A DNA stretch of 64,000 bases from an uncultured virus (IMG/VR IMGVR_UViG_3300034073_003178) (taxonomy: Duplodnaviria; Heunggongvirae; Uroviricota; Caudoviricetes), in the IMG/VR virus record IMGVR_UViG_3300034073_003178, positions 1 through 64,000 of that record, one strand, 5' to 3'. Positions 28,001-35,727 of the stretch are shown here, piece after piece. The notes beneath the pieces were generated by a model. It did no database searches. It was not told where the DNA came from and was given only the letters and a program-made list of their open reading frames with translations. A program made the position numbers and the translations under genes. Position 1 is the stretch's first letter, and every line of letters starts with the position of its first letter.

Positions 28001-29425
28001 AGAACCTTGAGCGCCTGAAGTTCCCTGAGAACCAAATGTTCCTTGAGAACCTGCTACACCTTGATTACTTAAACCTTGAGTACCTTGATTTCCCTGAAGA
28101 CCTTGAGCACCTTGGGAACCTGAAGTGCCTTGAGAACCTGAAGTGCCTTGAAATCCAGATGAACCTTGAGTACCTTGATTTCCCTGAGCACCTTGATTAC
28201 TTAAACCTTGAACACCTTGATTTCCTTGAAATCCTGATGAACCTTGAGCGCCAGAAACACCTTGATTACTTAAACCCTGAATACCTTGACCCCCTTGAGC
28301 ACCTTCTGGGCCTACAGAAGCATAAACTTCCCAAGTAGTTCCATCATAAATTAAATCAACTTTTACTCCAGGAATATCAAGAATTAAATCCTCATCAAAT
28401 CCTTCAATTGTTGAACCGTTTCTTGCAACTGTTAAGTTATTTGTTTCCCAGTTATTACCATCTGCAATAGTTATAAAATTTCCATTTAAAGGAGTTGCTG
28501 GAAGTGTAATAGTAAAAGAACCACCAGAAGTATCGGCAATAATTTGTTCGCCATTTATTGCTGTATAATTTTCAGTTTTTCTAGTCCATAATCCACCAAA
28601 AGCACCTGATAAACCTTGAACACCTTGAATAGATTCTCCTTGCAATCCCTGCAAACCTTGAAGTCCTTGAGAACCTGTTCCTTGTGATCCTTGAGTTCCT
28701 TGAGTTCCTTGAGCACCTTGGCCTCCTTGTGATTCTAATAATTCCCAAGATGCACCATTCCAACCATAAAAACTACCAGACTCATACTTAATTTTATCTT
28801 CCGTTAGGGTTCCGGTAATATAACCAGAACCATTATTTTCATCAACACGAAATACAATTCCTAAAAATTGAATAAAAGTTCCACTAGCAGTGGGTGGAAC
28901 ATTGGTATATCCACCAGCAATACCAAGATATACTTTATCTCCTACATTAAACTGAGAAGTATCTACACCCTTAATCTCACCCAAGACCAACATTCGGCCT
29001 TCTGCTTCGTCTGCTATGGTTTCATCCATAACACCGATAGCAATCTTATTTGTATCATCTGCACGAGCAGGTGCTACAGTTATAGTATTTCCAGAAATTC
29101 CAACCTGATAAACAGGAGTTCCTTTAGGGATAGTTGAACCTGAAACATTCTTTGCAGTTTCATAGATGGTTTTTGCATTAACTCTATCAGTCCAATCTAC
29201 TCCAGTACCAGTAGATATAAGAATTTCATCAGGACTTCCTGGGTTATTATTACTATCATATAAAATACCACGAACTCTTATATCTCCAGCAATATCTAAA
29301 TCTGCAGTTGCATTTGTAGTTCCTATGCCAACTTTACCAGTAACCTCAAGTACTGTTTTATTTTCGGTATAAGAACTAATACCGACTTTAAGATTTTTTT
29401 GACGATTACTGAGATACTTTGCCAT
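25037..29425 (-). CDS. Long modular collagen-like tail fibre protein
   Basis: Four GXQ segments separated by globular modules (ADTSGGSFTITLPATP, FGGATFDY, VGIGT and a C-terminal YVLQASDNGK module). Confidence 0.85.
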   Translation of the reverse strand: MAKYLSNRQKNLKVGISSYTENKTVLEVTGKVGIGTTNATADLDIAGDIRVRGILYDSNNNPGSPDEILISTGTGVDWTDRVNAKTIYETAKNVSGSTIPKGTPVYQVGISGNTITVAPARADDTNKIAIGVMDETIADEAEGRMLVLGEIKGVDTSQFNVGDKVYLGIAGGYTNVPPTASGTFIQFLGIVFRVDENNGSGYITGTLTEDKIKYESGSFYGWNGASWELLESQGGQGAQGTQGTQGSQGTGSQGLQGLQGLQGESIQGVQGLSGAFGGLWTRKTENYTAINGEQIIADTSGGSFTITLPATPLNGNFITIADGNNWETNNLTVARNGSTIEGFDEDLILDIPGVKVDLIYDGTTWEVYASVGPEGAQGGQGIQGLSNQGVSGAQGSSGFQGNQGVQGLSNQGAQGNQGTQGSSGFQGTSGSQGTSGSQGAQGLQGNQGTQGLSNQGVAGSQGTFGSQGTSGAQGSQGLQGLQGNQGIQGLQGLQGNQGTQGLQGTSGSQGSQGVQGLSNQGVQGNQGTQGSQGLQGTQGTSGSQGSQGLQGNQGVQGLSNQGVQGNQGTQGTSGSQGLQGLSGKDGNFGGATFDYTFNTDTTNIDPGTGNLKFNNSNITLANKLYIDDQNDGTTDIQSFLRTIDDSTSTIKGHFRISNKFDSSDFALFTISGIIEQTGYFEVDCSYVSGSATSFSSNEDIIITFARTGDKGDTGSQGISGSQGTSGSQGSQGLQGVQGLSNQGSQGLQGRQGTQGLSNQGVQGNQGTSGSQGLQGLQGNQGTQGLQGLQGNQGTQGLQGTIGSQGTSGAQGTLGSQGSQGLQGNQGAQGLQGNQGVQGLSNQGISGSQGSQGLQGNQGLSNQGISGSQGAQGLQGRQGTQGLSNQGIAGSQGTFGSQGTSGAQGTSGSQGTSGAQGTSGSQGTSGAQGSQGLQGNQGAQGLSNQGTSGSQGTSGSQGTSGSQGTSGSQGAQGLQGRQGTQGLSNQGTSGSQGTSGSQGTSGSQGTSGSQGTSGAQGLQGNQGVQGLSNQGSQGLQGRQGTQGLSNQGVQGVQGPAGNASEGGSGISTFYNISSVETKPYYIGLSTVNSGLTTALFASPSLVVSGLGSVGIGTSIPTQSLDVNGNIRIRGSVYDSFNNVGIAGSIIVSTASGATRWAPRTYIQPSSAGISSVVGDIWINENTGVTYRYYNDGNSQQWVEFGPEPTGPTGLQGNQGVQGLSNQGSQGLQGRQGTQGLSNQGISGSQGSQGLQGNQGTIGSQGSQGLQGNQGVQGLSNQGSQGLQGRQGTQGLSNQGISGSQGSQGLQGNQGTIGSQGNQGLQGNQGVQGLQGDQGVQGVQGLQGIQSTQGLQGNQGTFGPATIPQNVQTTSYVLQASDNGKHIDITTGGVTVPVNVFQVGENVVIYNDSAVAQTITQGSNVTLRYAGTTQTGNRTLGAYGVCTVLCVADVNNADVFIISGAGLT

Positions 29426-29434
29426 TTGAAGATA

Positions 29435-29764
29435 TTAATTGAGGGTTTCTAAGATGCTTGCGACAAATTTTAAATTGCTGGCATTACTACCTGATAATAC
29501 TAATTTATCTCCACTTTCAAGAACCAATTTTCCAGAAAGAAGATTCGCAGTATCATTTGCTGAAATTGGAAATTCTTTTAACATTTCAGTATCAGTTGAT
29601 GATCTGCGATGAGTTAGAGAAACATCTTCATTTGTTGATCCGATGTTTGCAACTTGCGCTAAAAGAACAACACCTGTATATCCAACAGGAGCAGTATAAA
29701 TTGAAGTTGCACTTGTGCCTACAACTGAAGTAACTGTTTTAAAAACATTAAGTGCTAATGCCAT
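29435..29764 (-). CDS. Small structural protein, paralog of 38844..39203
   Basis: ALNxFxT, IYTxPxG, VxLxQVxN, GxLxLE and SxLET are shared with 38844..39203. Confidence 0.8.
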   Translation of the reverse strand: MALALNVFKTVTSVVGTSATSIYTAPVGYTGVVLLAQVANIGSTNEDVSLTHRRSSTDTEMLKEFPISANDTANLLSGKLVLESGDKLVLSGSNASNLKFVASILETLN

Positions 29765-29768
29765 TGTA

Positions 29769-32657
29769 TTAATCTCCTCCTAATGCGAGTATGAATGGTG
29801 TCACTGTTGAGAATAAACTCTTAGAATAAAATGTTCCTGAAATAGTTCCAGTTTGCTGATTAATAACTACTCCATCGCCAATTCTGAAATTTCCAGATTG
29901 ATCAGTAGAAGTGAAAACGACCAGTCCTCCATTAAGAGCACTAGTTTCATTTTCTTGAATAGGAACACCTCCTACAGAAGGAAGGGCCGTATTAATGTTT
30001 GTTCCAGAACCAATATATTCAAGAGAATGTCCTGATGCTAATATTCTACTTTGCTTAAAGAATGGAACAGCAGTTCCTACTCCAACAGCATAAGGAACAT
30101 TATCACTTAAAGTTATTGTGCAAATTCCTGCAGATACTGGAGTTGATTTTTCAATTATATAATAAGTAGGAAATATATTTGCAGTACCAGTTGCAGTATT
30201 AATACCCACATTCGGAGAATCAAAAGTTACTTTTGGAGTGGTAGTATATCCTCTTCCATTAGAGATCATTTCAACTGAAACTATAGACCCATCTCTTACT
30301 TCTGCTACAGCAGTTGCAGGAATACCCCAAGAAGTTTCTGGATCTTCAATAGTAAGTTCTACAGTTCCAGTGTAACCACTTCCACCTGAAGTAATACTAA
30401 TACCATTTATACTATAAAAAAGTCTATCAAAATAAACCACTTGACCATCAAAAGGACGAACTACATTAATTTTTACAGTTCCTCCAGAATTATAAGTATG
30501 CGGTAAAGTAGATGTTCCAACATAAACACTAAATGTAGTACTAGCAGCAGAAACAGCAGGAAGAGCATTTGCACCGCTAATGTTACCAGCATTCAATCTT
30601 GAAGTAACAATTCCTACAAGATTATCAATAAATGATTGAACATCTGCACAAGAAGATGGATCTGTATTAGAATTAGTTAATGGATCTGCGGCAATTGTTA
30701 AATCTTTATTATTCAAATTATTTGTAATGGCAAGTTTCATCAATTCTCTTGCCGTAGTAAATCCAACAATTGTTTGAGGAATTTCACTTGAAATTCCAAC
30801 AATTAATGACGATCCATCATAACTGAAATAAGATCTAGTAGTTTCAATGATATTCTTAGAAGTAAAATCTCTTACATCTGTAGAAACAGCATCAACAATA
30901 TAACCAATATCTCTTAAACATTTTGATCCTCCTTCAGTCAAAGTTCCATAATTATCCTCACTTGAAATAGAACTTAACGAACCTTGAGAAATAACTGATG
31001 TTACAATTCCAACTAAGTTATCAATATTACTTTGAACATCTGCACAAGAATTTGGATCAGTATTACTACCAGTCAATGGATCTGCAGTAATTGTTAAATC
31101 AGTGTATACTGCACCAGAAAGAGTATTTGTAATCGCATCTTTCATCAATTCTTTTGCTTCCGAGAAAGCATAAATTGATTCTGTTTCTTCACCAACTAAT
31201 CCATTCGTAATTGGTACTCCAGCACCATCAAAATATTGCCTTACGAATTGTCTTGAATATCTATTGCCTCCAGTAAATACATCTGTGGCGATTGCATCTA
31301 CAAAATATCCAAGGTCTCTTTTACACTTGTTTATTGTAGTGGATATGCCAGGATAAGCATTACTAGTATTAGTCCATGCAGTATCAACAATAACACTCTT
31401 GTTTTTTATAATCAAACGATATGCATCATAATATCTTGATCTGGTATTTGTTTGACTATCACCTCTAAAATAAAAATCTGGATATTCTACTGCAATGGCT
31501 GCCAATGATTTATCTTGTATTTCTCTTCTATTTGCCTGAATTAAATTATAAGAATCTACATACCTACCTGGAGCAACCGTAACAGTTTGAAAAACATATC
31601 CTTTATTTCCTGAAGGATAAGTTACAATTCCTGGGCCAGAAGGACAAGTAAATGCCAATCCTACAATTGACACACCCATTCCAACTGAGAAATTATGAGC
31701 AGAGTCTGTAGTTGCAGTTAAAATACCAGTAGCATTATCATAAGTTGCTGATGTTATGTTTAAAGTTGGAGTGTTTAAATCTATGGCAAACTCAAATGCA
31801 TTTGCATCTTCTGCTTGTGCAACAGAACCTGTATATTTTAAAGGGCCTACTCCGTCAGAAACTAAAGCAAAATTGCCAAAAGAAGAGTTAGAATTAGTTA
31901 GATCACAAGCAGCTCCAGTTCCACAAAAAACTGCAATATCATTACAAATTGTAAACATGGATACCAATTGAGCATAACCTTCATTGGTAATTGAACAACC
32001 AATCCCACCTTGATTATATTGAGTATATGAATCAAGAACCATAGATTTAAGAGGCCCTATTGCTTTAGAACCATCAATTTTTAATCCAATTGAATTTGGA
32101 ATAAAGTTAGTGCAGTTCTGTATATAAGGTGATTGATTAAAATATCCAATTTGATTTGGATTAAAAGCAAAAATTGCCTTACCTGGATTTAAAGTTCCAG
32201 TATAAGACATTTCTGCCACATAATTTCCATTTGAAACATAAAATAAATCTTCATTTGCATTTTGTGGAGAAACTGATACTTCTCTTAAACTTTCTCCAAC
32301 AATAGATACCTGTTCGGGAATAACAAGAGGGTTATTTTCTACATAAGATCCAGCACTAACTTTAATAATTGTTCCTGTTCTTGCTTCTGTAAGTGCTGCT
32401 CCGATTGTTCTTTTTGCGTCTCCGAGTTTTTTTCCTGTGTTTGTGTCAGTTCCATCTTGAGTTACATAGAGAATATTAGTAACAGTTATACCTGCACCAA
32501 TGGAAACAATATCAGTTCCTATTCCCGCTCTTTCTCTTGCAATAAAAAGCTCGCCATCATTTGTATTTAAAGCTAACTCCCCCAAAGGCAACTGATCTAC
32601 CGTGGGTTTTTTTCCAGGAACTGATGACCGCTTTATGCGGATAATAGGTGCCGCCAT
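29769..32657 (-). CDS. Large virion structural protein with nested phycobiliprotein-like helical domains
   Basis: N-terminal IRIKRS..GELALN; beta-helix-like SPYIQNCTNF..DSYTQYNQGG; KCKRDLGY and KCLRDIGY helical repeats; paralog of 39205..43194. Confidence 0.75.
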   Translation of the reverse strand: MAAPIIRIKRSSVPGKKPTVDQLPLGELALNTNDGELFIARERAGIGTDIVSIGAGITVTNILYVTQDGTDTNTGKKLGDAKRTIGAALTEARTGTIIKVSAGSYVENNPLVIPEQVSIVGESLREVSVSPQNANEDLFYVSNGNYVAEMSYTGTLNPGKAIFAFNPNQIGYFNQSPYIQNCTNFIPNSIGLKIDGSKAIGPLKSMVLDSYTQYNQGGIGCSITNEGYAQLVSMFTICNDIAVFCGTGAACDLTNSNSSFGNFALVSDGVGPLKYTGSVAQAEDANAFEFAIDLNTPTLNITSATYDNATGILTATTDSAHNFSVGMGVSIVGLAFTCPSGPGIVTYPSGNKGYVFQTVTVAPGRYVDSYNLIQANRREIQDKSLAAIAVEYPDFYFRGDSQTNTRSRYYDAYRLIIKNKSVIVDTAWTNTSNAYPGISTTINKCKRDLGYFVDAIATDVFTGGNRYSRQFVRQYFDGAGVPITNGLVGEETESIYAFSEAKELMKDAITNTLSGAVYTDLTITADPLTGSNTDPNSCADVQSNIDNLVGIVTSVISQGSLSSISSEDNYGTLTEGGSKCLRDIGYIVDAVSTDVRDFTSKNIIETTRSYFSYDGSSLIVGISSEIPQTIVGFTTARELMKLAITNNLNNKDLTIAADPLTNSNTDPSSCADVQSFIDNLVGIVTSRLNAGNISGANALPAVSAASTTFSVYVGTSTLPHTYNSGGTVKINVVRPFDGQVVYFDRLFYSINGISITSGGSGYTGTVELTIEDPETSWGIPATAVAEVRDGSIVSVEMISNGRGYTTTPKVTFDSPNVGINTATGTANIFPTYYIIEKSTPVSAGICTITLSDNVPYAVGVGTAVPFFKQSRILASGHSLEYIGSGTNINTALPSVGGVPIQENETSALNGGLVVFTSTDQSGNFRIGDGVVINQQTGTISGTFYSKSLFSTVTPFILALGGD

Positions 32658-32682
32658 ATTATCTTATTGGTATTTACCTTCA

Positions 32683-32706
32683 AAAAACTCTTATGTAAGA
32701 GTTTTT
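32683..32706. terminator. Hairpin, possible terminator
   Basis: AAAAACTCTT-ATGT-AAGAGTTTTT inverted repeat with T runs on both strands, between genes. Confidence 0.45.
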
Positions 32707-32711
32707 ATTAT

Positions 32712-32921
32712 TTATGAAAAATCTTCTTCTATCTTTGATACCTTTTTAGACTTCTTCATTTTTTCAATTTCTTCATTTAAATCATTAATTTTTCTATTTA
32801 ATGCTTCAATTAGTTGATTTGAATTCATTAATCTTGCTTCAAGTGCAATTGTTTGTGCGGTTAAATCACTTACCTTTTGTTGGTATACTGAGAGAAGATT
32901 TTTAATTTCTTGTTCGTTCAT
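32712..32921 (-). CDS. Small coiled-coil protein
   Basis: Probable start MNEQEIK at 32921, downstream of a terminator and a CTAAATA late motif (32942-32948). Confidence 0.7.
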   Translation of the reverse strand: MNEQEIKNLLSVYQQKVSDLTAQTIALEARLMNSNQLIEALNRKINDLNEEIEKMKKSKKVSKIEEDFS

Positions 32922-32954
32922 TTCAATTAAAATTTCTATCCTATTTAGAGACAT

Positions 32955-32980
32955 AAAAAAGAGGAGGATTTCTCCTCCTC
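32955..32980 (-). terminator. Rho-independent terminator
   Basis: GAGGAGGA-GAAA-TCCTCCTC followed by TTTTTT, after the stop of 33005..34936. Confidence 0.85.
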
Positions 32981-33004
32981 GTATAAAGACTTAAATATTA
33001 ATTA

Positions 33005-34936
33005 TTAAAAAGTACCACCATCAATTATAGCATTAGTAATAGTAACTTCACTATTTACACAACCAATGACTTCTACTGGATTTGCACCACAACCAGCAAC
33101 ATAAAGTCCACCAATTTCAAGAGAACCATTAGTAACAGCAGTAAGAATACTACTTGCTTCAGTTACTTCACTAGCAACCTTGATTCTTCCAACACTATCA
33201 TCCCAATATACTGCTGCTTTTTTAGCAGAAGTATCAAAGTAGTGGAATATTAAACCAGCATCAATGTTAGCATCGCTTGATGGAGGAACAAGATTACCAC
33301 TGTTATCTACAAGACCTACTTCAATTAGAGAATCCTTGACAAGAAGGGTCTCTGTATTTACAGTAGTTGTAGCACCATTTACAAAAAGATCACCTTGAAC
33401 AGTAAGATTATTGGAAACAGTAAGATTGGTTGAAACACCTACATTGCTACTTGAATCAATAGTTATTGCATTAGATCCAGGAGATATTCCATCATAGTGA
33501 GCAATGGCGTCAACATATAAAGTACCAGTAACATATGAAGATCCATCTACATATGAATCATTGATAACAGTAAGATCATTTGCAAGAGTAACATCTCCAG
33601 TTGTATCAGTAAGAGTTATTGCAGAAGCTCCATCAGAAGCATAAATCTCATTTCCACCAACTGTTAATGTTCCAGCAACTGTCACATCAGTTGCAAGTCC
33701 AACAGTAACTGTTTGTCCTGATACTGAAGTTCTTATTTCATTTGCAGTACCTGCAATAGTAAGACTTTGGGTATCAAGATCAATTGTTCCTGTTCCACTA
33801 TCACCAGCAATACCTAGATCATCATCTTGATCTATAGCATTGATTTGTGTTGCAACATAATCAATAACTGCAGATGAAGTTGGAACTGAAGAAGTTGAAG
33901 TTCCTGTAGAAACTGATGCAGAAAATTGAGTAATACCTACTCCAGTTCCCACTGTAAGAGAAGTGCCATCAAAAGTTAGATTTGCACTATCTTCAAGTTC
34001 TCCACCAGTACCAGCAAGAACTACTCTGCCAGAAGTTAAATCACTAACAGTAGCACTTGCGAAAGTTGCAGCAACAGAAACATTAACAGTATCTAATTCT
34101 GCAAGTCCAGTAACATCTAAACCACCATCAGCATTAAGAAGACCGCCAATGGTGCCGATACCTGTTACATTAAGGGTATCAAAATCGTTAGGATCTAATG
34201 AAAGAAGATCTTCAAGAGTTGCTATTGTAGTAGCATCAACGGTTTGAATACCTGCAAGAGTAATTAAACCGCCATTGTCATAAAGAACTTGAGTTGTTCC
34301 AATATAAAGTTCGCCTACGGTAGAAATACCAGAGGTTGTTGAATTATCGTAAGCAAGTTCTGTGAAAGTACCTGCAGCAGCTGAAGAAGCACCAATTACA
34401 GTGCCATCAATATTACCACCGTTAATGTCGGCAGTAGCAATAGTGCCTACACCAGAAACATTGATATCATCAAATTCTGCATTTCCAGTAACATCAATAC
34501 CTCCATCGGCCTCAATAAGACCACTGAAGGTTGAAATGCCTGTAAAAGTGGAGTTACTGATTGTAACACTATCAAAAGATGCTCCACTGGTAACTGATGC
34601 CCACTCAAGAACACCAGCTGAACCTAATTTGAGGAAGTGTCCTGTAGTACCTCCACCCTGAGGAAGAGTATAAGTTACAGGAGTGGATACTGTTGCTGGA
34701 GCGCGAAGTGAAACTCCGCTAGTACCATCCTTATCTACAAGCTTAAATTGTGCTGCATCAGTTCCATTTTCACGAGTCCAATAACGAGCAGAACCGAAGA
34801 ATTGGTTTGTTTCTGTGGATGATGAAAGACCTACATAAAGGTCGTACTTGTCTGTTGTAAAACCTGGCTCTCCAGCACGAAGACCAGGAAGATTTACAAA
34901 CAGACCTCTCTTAAACTGAAGTGTTGGAGATGCCAT
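33005..34936 (-). CDS. Tail fibre or structural protein
   Basis: N-terminal LQFKRG..LRAGEPGFTTD; T/G/V/S-rich beta repeats; C-terminal IDGGTF. Confidence 0.75.
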   Translation of the reverse strand: MASPTLQFKRGLFVNLPGLRAGEPGFTTDKYDLYVGLSSSTETNQFFGSARYWTRENGTDAAQFKLVDKDGTSGVSLRAPATVSTPVTYTLPQGGGTTGHFLKLGSAGVLEWASVTSGASFDSVTISNSTFTGISTFSGLIEADGGIDVTGNAEFDDINVSGVGTIATADINGGNIDGTVIGASSAAAGTFTELAYDNSTTSGISTVGELYIGTTQVLYDNGGLITLAGIQTVDATTIATLEDLLSLDPNDFDTLNVTGIGTIGGLLNADGGLDVTGLAELDTVNVSVAATFASATVSDLTSGRVVLAGTGGELEDSANLTFDGTSLTVGTGVGITQFSASVSTGTSTSSVPTSSAVIDYVATQINAIDQDDDLGIAGDSGTGTIDLDTQSLTIAGTANEIRTSVSGQTVTVGLATDVTVAGTLTVGGNEIYASDGASAITLTDTTGDVTLANDLTVINDSYVDGSSYVTGTLYVDAIAHYDGISPGSNAITIDSSSNVGVSTNLTVSNNLTVQGDLFVNGATTTVNTETLLVKDSLIEVGLVDNSGNLVPPSSDANIDAGLIFHYFDTSAKKAAVYWDDSVGRIKVASEVTEASSILTAVTNGSLEIGGLYVAGCGANPVEVIGCVNSEVTITNAIIDGGTF

Positions 34937-35034
34937 ATTTTCCTTTGATTGATAATTTGACTAGCTAGTACAAAAATTCACATCAAATTATTAATATGAG
35001 CAAATTAAAAAACATCATTACTAATATTTATTTC

Positions 35035-35340
35035 TTAAAATTCTCCAGCATCAACATCAATTTTATTATCTAAATCAATATCTAGTTGATTAGTAAAATT
35101 AGCAGGCAATCCTGGTTGAATCGGTTCACTTGTAGCTGCAGAAAGAACTTCATCTGGATTTACTAATTTATATAATCCAGTTGAGGAATCATACATAACA
35201 ACATACTTATCCTTCTTATCAGTTTCTGTAATGCCAACATCAATAAGATCTTGCAGTTTTGCAGGCACTTGAAGACCTCCTATAGTTGATACTACTTTAA
35301 AGGAATTTTGAGAACTTAATCTTACATTAAAATCGGTCAT
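35035..35340 (-). CDS. Hypothetical structural-region protein
   Basis: 101-aa ORF ending in DAGEF; ATGA-coupled to the upstream gene. Confidence 0.7.
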   Translation of the reverse strand: MTDFNVRLSSQNSFKVVSTIGGLQVPAKLQDLIDVGITETDKKDKYVVMYDSSTGLYKLVNPDEVLSAATSEPIQPGLPANFTNQLDIDLDNKIDVDAGEF

Positions 35341-35699
35341 AATGATGCGGTGTCAGAAACAATAATTGATCCTTCAACGACCTTTCTAGTTAAAAATGTA
35401 ACTCCAATTCCATTTGGATTTTGAGTTGGCCCAGTAACTAAAATATCAAAATAATTTCTTCCAGATTCTAATAGTTCTGTCGTAGTTTTTGCCATAGAAA
35501 TTACAACTTCTCCAGTGGCACCAATAATCTCAACTGTAAACTCTTGAAATTTTGGAGAAGATGGATATTTTCTTATCTTTGCTTTCCCAGAATAATACTG
35601 AGAAAAAACATAATTTGATGAATCCGACTGAAGAACTTTAAATTTTGCATCAAAGTCAGTTCCTTTTTCAAGTACTAAATTGACTACAGCAACTGCCAT
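35337..35699 (-). CDS. Hypothetical structural protein (adaptor-like)
   Basis: NLVLEKGTDF..KIRKYP..GRNYFDIL..KVVEG; preceded by a CTAAATA late motif (35719-35725). Confidence 0.7.
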   Translation of the reverse strand: MAVAVVNLVLEKGTDFDAKFKVLQSDSSNYVFSQYYSGKAKIRKYPSSPKFQEFTVEIIGATGEVVISMAKTTTELLESGRNYFDILVTGPTQNPNGIGVTFLTRKVVEGSIIVSDTASL

Positions 35700-35727
35700 A
35701 AGAACCGGGATTTTTAATTATTTAGTA

